A stretch of 63,588 nt of DNA, the filler included, from Chiloscyllium plagiosum (taxonomy: Eukaryota), in assembly GCF_004010195.1 (NCBI RefSeq). It is 5 parts of one record of this genome, joined end to end, with 100 filler letters (N's around TTAATTAATTAA, not from the genome) between each part and the next. Parts side by side here need not be neighbours in the genome. Positions count along the whole stretch, not along the records: positions 1 to 14,760 come from NC_057713.1; 4 more parts are not named here. One strand, given 5' to 3'. The notes under the pieces are model-generated. The model saw only the letters and a list, made by a program, of their open reading frames with translations. It made no database searches and was not told the DNA's origin. Positions 1 through 11,379 of this stretch are shown one piece after another; within the stretch, counting starts at the first letter, position 1; every line of letters starts with the position of its first letter. The position numbers and the translations under genes were made by a program.

Positions 1-385
1 GCCTGCCAGAATGCTGGTCCCTAACCTATTAAGGTGCAAACCGTCTCTCTTGTAGAATTTATGCTTACCACAAAACATACCCCAGTGATCCAAGAATTTA
101 AATCCTTGCTTCCTGCAACTATTCCCCAGCCACACGTTCAAGTCCATTATCTCCCTGTTTCTGGCCTCACCAGCCTGAGGAACTGGAAGCAAACCGGAGA
201 TAAGCACCTTGGACATCCTGCTTTTCAGCCTTCTTCCTAGTTCTCCTTAGTCCCGCTGTAGTATGTTCCTCCTCTTCTTCCCGACATCATTTGTGCCGAC
301 ATGTACCACCACCTCTGTCTCTTCATCTTCGCCCTTGAGGATTTCCTGCACTCTGTCTGTGATGTCTTTAACCCTGTCACCCCGT
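1..385 (-). mobile_element. CR1-type LINE ORF1 fragment (SGNH esterase-like domain)
   Basis: Minus strand reads EVVVHVGTNDVG...VLISGLLPVP...FLDHW...YKRDGLHLN, the CR1 ORF1 esterase motifs; contains stops. Confidence 0.8.
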
Positions 386-1090
386 CACCAGTCATCTCTC
401 TTCTAATGTGAGAGTAGTCCTATAGTTTAGTGTGAGGATGGCAACTTTCCCTTTTACCTTTTTCGAGGCCATCAACAACTGGGAAGTATGTTGAGGAGCA
501 AATTTGCAAAGACATGACAAAGAATTGCAAACTTATGGAGTATTCATAATGGGGTACCTGTATTATTCAAATATAGACTGGATCAATAGTAATGTAATGA
601 GTAGATAGAAATGGTTGATTGTGTTATGTCAGCATGCCTTTAATAGACATGTTCAAGATATCTTCAGTGCATCATAGTACTTGACCTGAGAGTATAAAGA
701 TCTCACACTCAATCTTATCCTGAATTACTTGAAGTGTGAAATTGCACAGTAGCATACTCCTCTGCTATAAATGATTAACTAAAATTAGCCAAGACTTTAA
801 TGAGCCCAAGGAATGTAATGATTGTATAAAGTCATGAGTTCGAATAAATGTTTGTTGGATTCTTCAAAACCACAATGTCTATGTCCGGGTTTTTATGTCA
901 TTCCTAAGAACGAAACTACGCATCTAGCTACGATGCTTGACTCATTGAACTGGATATAAACTGCTGTAGAAAATGTGTGAGCTTACCTCCAGCAGAGTAT
1001 TTTACCTGATGTGGTAAAGCTCATGTTTAAGCCATTCTTAGTGGCACTAATGAAACTCCCTGTAAGGATGTTAGTACCCCTGCAGTTTAG

Positions 1091-2273
1091 GTCATAGAGT
1101 CATAGAGATGTACAGCACGGAAACAGACCCTTCGGTCCAACCTGTCCATGCAGACCAGATACTCCAACCCAATCTAGTCCCACCTACACCAGGCCCACAT
1201 CCCTCCAAACCCTTCCTATTCATTTACCCATCCAAATGCTTTTAAATGTTGCAATTGTACCAGCCTCCACCACTTTCTATGGCAGCTCATTCCATACAGT
1301 ACCACCCTCTGTGTGGAGAGGTTGCCCCTAAGGTCTCTTTTATATCTTTCCCCTCTCACCCTAAACCTATGCCCTCTAGTTCTGGACTCCCCTGCCCCAA
1401 GGAAAAGACTTTGCCGATTTACCCTATCCATGCCCCTCATAATTTTGTAAACCTCTATAAGGTCACCCCCAACCTCCGACGCTCCAGGGAAAACAGCCCC
1501 AACCTGTTCAGCCTCTCACTATAGCTCAACTCCTCCAACCCTGGCAACATCCTTGTAAATCTTTTCTGAACCCTCTCAAGTTTCACAACATCTTTCCGAT
1601 AGGAAGGAGACCAGAATTGCATGCAATATCCAATAGTGGCCTAACCAATGTCTGTACAGCCGCAACATGATCTCCCAACCCCTGTACTCAATACTCTGAC
1701 CAATAAAAGAAAGCATACCAAATGCATTTTTCACTATCCTATCTACCTGTGACTCCACTTTCATAAAGCTATGAACCTACACTACAAGGTCTCATTGTTC
1801 AGCAACATTCCCTAGGACCTTACCATTAAGTGTATAAGTCCTGCTAAGATTTGCTTTCCCAAAATGCAGCACCACGCATTTATCTGAATTAAACTCCATT
1901 TGCCACTTCTCAGTCCATTGGCCCATCTGGTCAAGATCCTGTTGTAATCTGAGGTAACCTTCTTCACTGTCCACTACATCTCTAATTTTGGTGTCATCTG
2001 CAAACTTACTAACTGTACCTCTTATGCTCGCATCCAAATCATTTATATAAATGACAAAACGTAGAGAACCCAGCACCAATCCTTGTGGCACTCCACTGGT
2101 CACAGGCCCCCAGTCAGAAAAACAGCTCTACACCACCACCCTCTGTCTTCTACCTCTGAGCCAGTTCTGTTTCCAAATGGTTAGTTCTTCCTGTATTCAG
2201 TGAGATCTAACCAACCTCCTACGGGGAAACTTGTCAAATGCCTTACTGAAGTCCATAAGGATCACATCTACCA
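1091..2273 (-). mobile_element. CR1-type LINE 3' fragment (RT domain + 3' UTR)
   Basis: ORFs SGVPQGLVLG...YINDLD...SKFADDTK, WQMEFNSDKC; terminal (CTCTATGA)n tail; frameshifted. Confidence 0.9.
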
Positions 2274-3342
2274 TGTTAAGTAAAAGAAGATGAAGCATTT
2301 TTCTGACATGTGAAAGGATGGAAATACAATGAAGAAACATGCTGAACATAAAAGGTTCAAAAAGAGATTAAAAAGGAGAATCCAATAGGGATTTTGATGA
2401 GACACTGGAAGGTAACATAAAAAGAATTCCTAAAGACATTTGGAGACATGAAGATAGTTAAAGTTTGGTCGAAAGAAGATTGGGGGCTTTTAGATTAGAG
2501 ATCAAAAAATTGAAGTAGCAGCCATAGTCTTTAACAAGGCAGCAGATGCTATCATGGCTATTGTAGGAAATTCAGTCATTATGAGGGTTCTAAATTCCTA
2601 AGGATAAACTGTCTGTCCTAAGACCAGGTGTGAAACATTCAAGTAGATAGAAATGAATGAGACCACATGGATCCCAAAATGATATGGAATTGGACCATAG
2701 TGAATTCCAAATAGATCTTGGCTAAGACAGCACTGGATTCCAAATTGGTTTTGGTTTCCTATTTTCTAAAAATTAAGTGCTATTTTTTAGTTTTGACTTA
2801 GTTTTGAATTGTTCAACTGTATGAATGGAGATTGCAGAATATAGTATTTGGAGCTTTCAACTGAATGTGTGTGACAAATGTATTTCTGTGACGTTTTTGA
2901 GTGATCAAGTTTTAATATGTATTTTCCTTCCCAACACAATGATTTTGCAATCATAATGACAAAATATCAGCTTAAAAATAAGGAAGAATTGTGAGCTTTA
3001 TTAAAAAGCATGTGTAATTTATCTTGAGTTTATTGGCTACAATCACTGATTGAGAATATAAGTGATCAGTATTTGGGAATTTAATATTTGACTCAGTTTT
3101 CATAACAGACAAATGGTCTTTGAAAAGAAAGATTAGTCAGAATCTGAAATTCTGAGAAAGTTATACAATTTTAAGCAGACATTGCAACAGTCAGCTGTCT
3201 TATACAAAAACTATCAGAAGCAGTGGAGAAATGTGAATTTATAGAGAAAATGGATCTAGAAATTTCAAATTTGGGAAATCAGTTTTAGGCTTTTTGTTCA
3301 AATAAAAATCATGTCTCTGTTTCTGATGATTTCCCCTTTGTT

Positions 3343-3620
3343 TAGACTACTTACAGTCTGGAAACAGGCACTTCGGCCCAACAAGTCCACACCGACCCGC
3401 AACCCACTCATACCCCTACACCTAACACTATGGGCAATTTAGCATGGCCAATTCACCTGACCTGCACATCTTTGGACTGGGGGAGGAAACCGGAGCACAC
3501 CCACGCAGACATGGGGAGAATGTGCAAACTCCACACAGTCAGTCGCCTGAGGTGGGAATTGAACCCGGGTCTTTGGTGCTGTGAGGCAGCAGTGCTAACC
3601 ACTGTGCCACTGTGCCACCC
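3343..3620 (-). mobile_element. HE1-like V-SINE (tRNA-derived)
   Basis: Reverse complement of GGTGGCACAGTGGTTAGCACTGCTGCCTCACAGC head, V-domain (GTGTGGAGTTTGCACATTCTCCCC) and CR1-derived tail. Confidence 0.88.
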
Positions 3621-4165
3621 AAAAAAAGTTTAAATTGTTTTGAACATGTGATTTCTTTGTCCTTGGGCTTTACAAAAACAATGACAATGTTATTTCATTC
3701 AAATAATGTTGGCCTCATCCACTTTTCAGAAAATAAAGTTAACTCTTTCCACAAGCAGGCTAACTTTACTGTATCCAGTTTGCTGAATGAAATGGATATT
3801 ATGGAATTTTAAGTTTCTCAATTGACAAATTTGCCGAAACTGAATTAACTCATTTGAATGGATCTAGTGATTCTAATTTCTCGGAATAGGTGACCATATG
3901 ATCATAGCTAGCAAGAATTTCAGAACTTTGGCACAACACGATTATGATTTGGACTGAAAGCTTTACCATTCTAAACAACAAGGAGTTGGCCCAATCTCAT
4001 TTAGTTCTTTCCTTTTCATTTCTTACTATCTGTTATCTTTCAAGATCAATTGGTTGCTGTTAGTTGTTAGGCAAAAGTGAGGACTGCAGATGCTGGAAAG
4101 CAGAGTTTACATCAGAGTGGTGCTGGAAAAGCACAGCAGGTCGAGCAGCATCCGAGGAGCAGGAA

Positions 4166-4201
4166 AATCGATGTTTCGGGCAAAAGCCCTTCATCAGGAA
4201 T
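4166..4201 (-). ncRNA. Minimal type I hammerhead ribozyme motif (PLE pLTR)
   Basis: Minus strand AUUC-CUGAUGA-A-GGGC-UUUU-GCCC-GAAAC-AUC-GAUU; core intact, stem III has a C/A mismatch. Confidence 0.75.
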
Positions 4202-6112
4202 AGAGGCAGGAAGCCTCCAGGGTGGCGGGGGTGCGGGTGGGGGCTGGAACTGGGGAGAAGGTAGCAAAGAGTACAATAGGTGAATGGGGGTGAGTGGGGG
4301 GGAGGGGAAATGAGGAAACTGGTGAAGTCCACATTGATGCCCTGGGGTTGAAGTGTTCCGAGGTGGAAGATGAGGCGTTCTTCCCCCAGGCGTTGGGTGG
4401 TGAGGGAGCGACGGTGGAGGAGGCCCAGGACCCTCATGTCCTCGGCAGTGTGGGAGGGGGAGTTGAAATGTTGGGCCACAGGGCGGTGTGGTTGATTGGT
4501 GCGGGTGTCCCGGAGATGTTCCCTGAAGTGCTCTGCGAGGAGGCGTCCAGTCTCCCCAATGTAGAGGAGACCGCATTGGGAGCAACGGATACAATAAATG
4601 ATATTGTTGGATGTGCAGGTGAAACTTTGATGGATGTGGAAGACTCCTTTGGGGCCTTGGATAGTGGTGAGGGAAGGGGTGTGGGCACAGGTTTTGCAAT
4701 TCCTGCGGTGGCAGGGCAGGGTGCCAGGACTGGAGGGTGGTTTGGTGGGGGGCGTGGACCTGACCAGGTAGTCACAGAGGGAATAGTCTTTGCGGAAGGC
4801 GGAAAGGGGTGAGGAGGGAAATATATCCCTGGTAGTGAGGTTCGTTTGGAGGTGATGGAAATGTCGGCGGATGATGCAGTTAATGCGAAGGTTGGTAGGG
4901 TGGAAAGTGAGGACCGGGGGGTTCTGTCCCTGTTACGGTTGGAGGTGTGGAGTTTGGGGGCGGAGAGGCGGGATGTGGATGAGGTGCATTGGACGGCATC
5001 TTTAACCATGTGGGAAGGGAAATTGCGATCTTTAAAGAAGGAGGCCATCTGGTATGTTCTGTTGTGGAACTGGTCCTCCTGGGAGCAGATATGACAGAAG
5101 CAGAGGAATTGGGAATACGAGATAACATTTTTGCAGGAGGCAGGATGGGAAGAGGTGTAATCCAGGTAGCTGTGGGAGTCGGTGGGTTTGTAAAAAATGT
5201 CAGTGTCAAGTCGGGCATCATTAATGGAGATGGAGAGGTCTAGGAAGGGGAGAGAGGTGTCAGAGATGGTCCAGGTGAATTTAAGGTCTGGGTGGAACGT
5301 GTTGGTGAAGTTGATGAACTGCTCAAACTCGTCGCGGGAGCATGAGGTGGCGCCAGTGCAGTCATCAATGTAGCGGAGGAAGACATGGGGAGTGGTGCCA
5401 GTGTAACTATGCAAGATGGACTGTTCTACATAACCAGCAAAGAGACAGGCATAACTAGGGCCCATGGCTACCCCTTTCATCTGGAGGAAGTGGGAGGATT
5501 CAAAGGAGAAATTGCTAAGAGTGAGGACCAGTTCAGCCAAACAAATGAGAGTGTCGGTGGAAGAGTACTGTTGGGGACGTCGGGAGAGGAAGAAACGGAG
5601 GGCTTGGAGGCCCTAGTCATGGCGGAAGGAGGTGTAGAGGGATTGGATGTCCATGGTGAAGATGAGGCTTTGGGGGCTGGGGAAACTTAAGTCTTGGAGG
5701 AGGTGGAGGGCGTGGGTGGTGTCTCGAATGTATGTGGGGAGTTCCTGGACTAGGAAGGATAGGACAGTATCGAGGTAGGTGGAAATGAGTTCGATGGGGC
5801 AGGAGCATGCTGAGTCAAGGGGTCAGTCGGGGTAGTCAAGCTTATGGTTCTTGGGAAGGAGGTAAAATCGGGCGGTGCGGGGTTCCCGGACTACGAGGTT
5901 GGAAGCTGTGGGTAGGAGATCTCCTGAGATGATGAGGTTCTGTATGGTTTGGTGATGGGGCATGGGGTCATGGTTGAGGGGGCGGTAGGAGGAGGTTTCT
6001 TCAAGTTGGCGCCTGACTTCAGTGGTGTAGAGGTCAGTGCACCAAACTACTGCTGCACCCCCTTTATCTGCTGGTGAGGTTTATCTCTCCACCCTGGAGG
6101 CTTCCTGTCTCT

Positions 6113-6148
6113 GTTCCTGATGAAGGGCTTTTGCCCGAAACGTAAATT
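6113..6148 (+). ncRNA. Minimal type I hammerhead ribozyme motif (inverted pLTR copy)
   Basis: GUUC-CUGAUGA-A-GGGC-UUUU-GCCC-GAAAC-GUA-AAUU; core intact, stem I weakened. Confidence 0.7.
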
Positions 6149-6677
6149 TTCCTGGTCCTCGGATGCTGCCTGACCTGCTGTGCTTTTCCAGCACCACTCT
6201 GCTGTTAGTTGTTGTTGACTTCGTTACAAGCATAGATGTTTCTGTTTCTGATAAATTAATTAGAAGCCACAAAGTCTGGAGATAATTGTTCTGAAATTGG
6301 AATCAATAAAATAGATTAATATGAGTTACATTGCAAAGCATTCAAAGGGAAAGGAAAAAAAATCTTTTGAGTTTAGAAAGAAAAACAAATTTTAATTAAA
6401 AATTTAAACAATTAGTGTAGATGGCTTATGAGTATCAAGAAGGAAGGATTTTTATTTTAATTTAAAGATTAATAAATGTAAAATACTGTCACATAAAAAC
6501 CCTGATATTTGAATTTGGGGCTGGTATAATTTGGAGGGTTACCTAGGAAAATGTCAACTCCGTAAAGATTAGGCGAACATGCATAATTCATTTTTTAAAT
6601 TGTATGCATTTACATACAAATAACTGTGAAATTAATAATATTCCTGTAAATAAATAAGGAACATTATCAAGTTATCT

Positions 6678-7005
6678 AGGTGATGGTCTAATGTTATTAT
6701 TGCTGGACTGTTAATCAAGAGACCCAGCTAATGTTCTGGGGATCAAGGTTTGAAGCTTGCCATGGCAGATTTGAATTCAATTAAAAAAATCTGGAATTAA
6801 GAATCCAATGATGATCATGAAACCATTGACCAACAATCTATCTGGTTTGTGAATGTCCTTTAGGGAGGGAAACTGCAATCCCTATCTGGTCTGGCCTACA
6901 TCTGGCTCCAGACTCACAGCAATGTGGTTCTCTTAACTGGCCTCTGGGAAATTATAGCTGGCCTAGTCAGTGGTACTGTCATCCCATGAATGAGTAAAAA
7001 AAAAA
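6678..7005 (+). mobile_element. Second SINE family (tRNA-like head, LINE-derived tail, poly-A)
   Basis: Degenerate A/B-box-like head (GGTGATGGTCTAATG...GGTTTGAAG) and 3' end GCTGGCCTAGTCAG...CATCCCATGAATGAGT(A)n, a tail shared with LINE ends at ~38160, ~52430 and ~61880. Confidence 0.55.
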
Positions 7006-8699
7006 GAGGTAATCTACAGATGGGGATATAGGTGTCACAGCTCACTCAGGTAGTACATTGGAAGTCAAGGTGTGCAATTCTCAGAGTCATCACAAAAGTT
7101 AAAGATTTTAAAATGAGCACACCAAAGTTTCTGACTTCTCCGATTTCCAGACTAAGATTGACAGGAAGCATACAGCAGGTTCCTGTACTTAGATAGAATT
7201 ACCATCTATTGCAAGTAATAGGACTCTAGCTACAGGTAAACAGTTATAATTCATTGTCATTTACAAATTAAAACTCAATTTTCCTTATAAACCCACCCCC
7301 TTATACACACTGACAGACAGACAGCAGAAAACTGGGAAGACATTTCAGTGATTGCTACTCTTGGGTTGATGAGATGATCCCTATGATTCTTATGCTGGTA
7401 AGTACATTGCTTTTGAGTTGTCTTTCTCTGGATGTTTCCACTATTTTGCAAGAGTCACAAGGTGGCTGGCCCACTTATAAAATGTCTTTGACTTATCAGC
7501 CAGAAGTCACAACTTAAAACAACTTAAATGCAGAAAAGATGAACTTGTTTTCTTCAGGCTTAAAGTGGGTTTTGACTACAGAGAAAGGAGAGACAGCTAC
7601 AGTGCTATTGTAAATCAAATCACTCTGCATCTTATCCCCATCGTCAAACTGTTTGTTTACCTGAGAATAAATCACACAGTTGTTGCCAGGAAAAAAGCCT
7701 TTTGTCATAACTAGTCACTAATTCATAGATTAATCAATTTCTGGGGGCCTCCCAGCCACAACTATGCACACCCTTGGGCTGCAGTTTGTCTACAACCCAA
7801 ACCTCAATTACTGCTTGCCCAAACCGCTTTTTACATGATGCTTGCCATGAGGATCAAGACAGCTCAACTGATTACTGACCAGACCCCTGACTGATCTCTG
7901 TGCAACTCACTAACTGACTAACTGTGACTGTCTGGGTTGGTTGTACTGAACCAGTAAGACTGACCATGGCCCACTTTCTAGACGGTTGTGATATGAACCT
8001 CCTGACCTGGACTAGCCCCAAGCAGCTTGACTTACTGTGTACAAGCCCCTGAACTAATAGGAGATGCTGCCCTTGATTTATTGTGTTGGGACCCTCTGAA
8101 AGCTGCTTCACTTGACTTGAATAAGGACTGCTTCCTTTAGACTTTGAAATGTGACCTTTTGGTTGAAGCATATGCAGTGTATTTGTTATTTGAGCTACTG
8201 AACATGGTGAAGGTGTGTGATTGACATGCTATGGTTAATGCTGCAACATGTCCAACTACTTTACTGATCATTAACGGTGACAAAATGGCTTGATCTCTGC
8301 TAAAACAGGAATGTGAGACAGAAACATTGTGCTTTTAAGCTCTGACTGAGGAGGAAAAGCAATGAAATGAATTTGTTACCTGATTCTAGTGGAAGTGCAG
8401 ATGACAATCAGAACTTTGAAAGCAGAACAGGGTGTTCATTTGAGGGAAAATAAATGAGACATGTCGAAAAACAAATGAGGCAGTTCCTTTGGTAGACTGC
8501 AAAGGAGGAGTCACAGGAAAATTGCAGTCCATTAAAACTGAGATAACTGCACCAACCAAAAACGTGGAGGTATCTAGTCACATGGATGGGAAGATAGTCC
8601 AGAAGGAAGGTCACAGTGTCACTACTGTAGAAAAATGGGGCTGTTGAAAATACCATATTGGTTTAGAATGCAAACAATTGTGAAACAAAAGTTAAAAAA

Positions 8700-10500
8700 A
8701 AAACTTTAAACAGTGGCATATTCAAGGGGTGGAAATACCACAAGACCAGATTTTTAAAAAATATTTTTGCACAAAATCAATGATTGTAATAAGGGAGACC
8801 TGAGTTTTAAAGCAAAAGTAAATTGGTTCCCCATGGAGGTGAAACTTGGTAGTGGAGCTAGAATTTTAGTGTCATTGGATTTGCTTAAATGGCTGAAGGA
8901 GATCAAATTGCAGCCATCCTCAATGAAATTGCAACATCCTGGAAAAATATAATTGAAAATAAAAGGCTGACTCATAACAAAGCACAAGTACAAGAGAAGA
9001 AAATTAGTGGAAACTCACCATGTTATTCAGAGCCAAGAATGATTTCTACAAAGTCAGAAGGCATGTTTAATGCTGAAATTAATCTTCAACATTGATGAAA
9101 TTACAGTTGCAGACTGAGGAAGTGAATTTTGAGTTGAGTTCCCAAAATTGTTCTCAGGCTTGGGGAAATTAAAGACAGAGTACCACATTACCCTCAGGGA
9201 CAATGCAAAATTTTCTTGGATAAAGTTAAAGAAGAAATATAGCACAAGCTCAGACAATGAAGAATTTCACTGTTTGCTATGCCAACAAAATGATCTTCAA
9301 ATATAGTTACTGTAACAAACAAAATGGTTCAATATGAATAAGCCCTTCCTGAAGAAGGGCTTATGCCCGATACGTCGATTCTCCTGTTCCTTGGATGCTG
9401 CCTGACCTGCTGCGCTTTTCCAGCAACACATTTTCAGCTCAATATGAATATGTGTGGATCTAACTCAATTAAGCAAAGGAATTGAGCATGAGATCCATCC
9501 AATGATTTAAGTGGATGGCAGTTTAGCAAAATTAACTCATTCGCCAAACTGGATCCTAACTGTAGATTTTAACAATTAATTCTAGATGAAGGCTCCTGAA
9601 GGTTGACTAGATTTATTACACCTTATAAGTATTATTACTTTAACTGATTATGTTTTGAAGTAACATCCATTCCAGAAGCTTTACAGAGAATAATGCAATG
9701 AAAATATTTCATATTTGATATTATTGGGGTGACTTATGCTTTGAAGACTATGGATGGGTGAATTCATTTCAAGTTTTGCAGAAATACCAGAGATGGATTT
9801 TTAAAAGAGGTCATGAAAATTTCCATGTGGAGATTTCACTTAATAAGGCTTCCCTGAAATCACGTGACTGGTGATAACTCTTCAGTGTGAGATCTTTTTG
9901 ATCTTCTGAAAGAGTAGTTGCTGGAACTTCTTGATATTGTATTTCCTGAGCAAACTGTGTCTGCCAACACTCCAGAGACAACTGTGAGTAATTAGTCACT
10001 TAACCACAGCAGAATAATAAACTTTAGAACATTCTTTGTCTTTTTCTTTTTGTCTTCAAGAATAATCCATTGACCAAAGACTTTTTGAGAAAATCAATCT
10101 ATGCAGAGAAATCTGATTTTAAAAAGAAAATCATTTACGGGGGTGTGAAAGTTTGTCTGCATGTTTTCAGGTTATTTAGAGGAATAAACATTTTGATTTC
10201 CATATTACCAACAGTATATGTTAATCAGTGAATGCATCTTCCTTGAATAAATTTTGTTTTGATAATAAACCATGAATGTGTTCATGAAAGAAACCAGGTT
10301 GTTTGATCTTTTTAAATTTAAACCTGGTATAGATAAGGTATTTAATTGGCAAACATATTTTTATTTTTAGATGTATCCCATGGAATAATGAGACTGAAGC
10401 TATTCTCAGTCATAACCCAACGGACTGAAAGCTATTGATGGTGTGATATGCCACATAGACAACATATACTAGCATATGGGATCAGCAAGAGAACATAGTC
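8700..10500 (+). mobile_element. Decayed Gypsy-type LTR retrotransposon pol remnant (protease/RT), interrupted
   Basis: Piecewise translation: VKLGSGA (protease-like), NGSI*ICVDLTQL, AKLDPN, TRFITPYKYYYFN*LCFEVTSIPE, GVICHIDNI (RT); many stops. Confidence 0.65.
9341..9438 (+). mobile_element. PLE-derived mini-element with mutated hammerhead, 12-bp TSD
   Basis: CUGAAGA-A-GGGC-UUAU-GCCC-GAUAC-GUC (GAAA mutated to GAUA); TCAATATGAATA duplicated at 9329-9340 and 9439-9450. Confidence 0.8.
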
Positions 10501-11379
10501 AAGGAGTCCTGCAAAATGTTCCTTTTCAAATATTTATCTAATTCCTCTTTGAAGTTATCATTCAATATGTTTCCAATGTTATGTCAGGCTGTACTTTCAG
10601 ATTATGACAACATGTTATGTTTTTAAGAAAATAATCCTCTTGTCTATTCTTTGTTTACTTTGTGAAGTATCTTAAATTTGTATCCTCTATTTTTAAACGG
10701 GTGGAACATCTTTTTCTTTTTTACTTTCATCAAATTCTTTCCTAGTTCTGAATAACACTATTAGGAAAACAATATCAGCTTCACTACTCTTCACTGGGAT
10801 CATGCACACCTGAACCATACTGGCATCGATTTCCTTGAGAACTCCATAAATGAGGAAATAAAGGCATTTTAAAACTAATTAAAATGGAAAGGAATCAAAT
10901 GTGGAAAAATGTGATTTATCAATGGGTGGAGAAAAGGTAAGAGGGAAATATATTAATACGGGAAATGAGGGTCAGAGATTTGCAGGTAGGGACAGAGATT
11001 GAACCAAAAATCAAGACTAAATATTTTAAAAATAACAAAGAGACGGAACTATCCCTTTTGTATCCCTTTTGTACACAGAGCAATCATGATAAACTAAATA
11101 TTACAGAAGTATTACAGTGCAGGAGAAGGCTACAAAATCAGTTTGTAAGGAGAGGAGGAATAGTAGGGAATGAAGTCACTCATTGGGAATAATCAATATT
11201 AAATGTCTGTGGTAAATGGATGGAAACAATCATAGGTTACTATGCATATAAGTGTTAAAGCCAGATTGGCAGCAGTAGCCTGGATGAGGAATTCATAGAA
11301 TGTTTTAAGCACAGTGTGCGACCAGCAAGAGTGTCTAATCACTGGGAGTTGAGCAAAGTGTAGGAGTTTAGACACATGG

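Larger units (their letters stand above)
4069..6199 (-). mobile_element. Penelope-like retroelement, 5'-truncated, RT + GIY-YIG endonuclease, inverted pseudo-LTRs, 14-bp TSD
   Basis: ORF 4434-5540 has PLE RT motifs (QMKGVAMG, LRYIDD, LPFLD, YKPTDSHSYL). A downstream frame gives CHRRNCKTC and NIIYCIRCSQCGLLYIGET...FREH (GIY-YIG). About 110-bp inverted repeats at ~4115-4225 and ~6089-6199. TGCTGTTAGTTGTT is duplicated at 4055-4068 and 6200-6213. Confidence 0.92.

Noticed and set aside
4112..4812. Pro-rich or Gly-rich ORFs (195 aa, 172 aa) as novel genes
   Set aside because: Alternative frames and antisense of the Penelope coding region.
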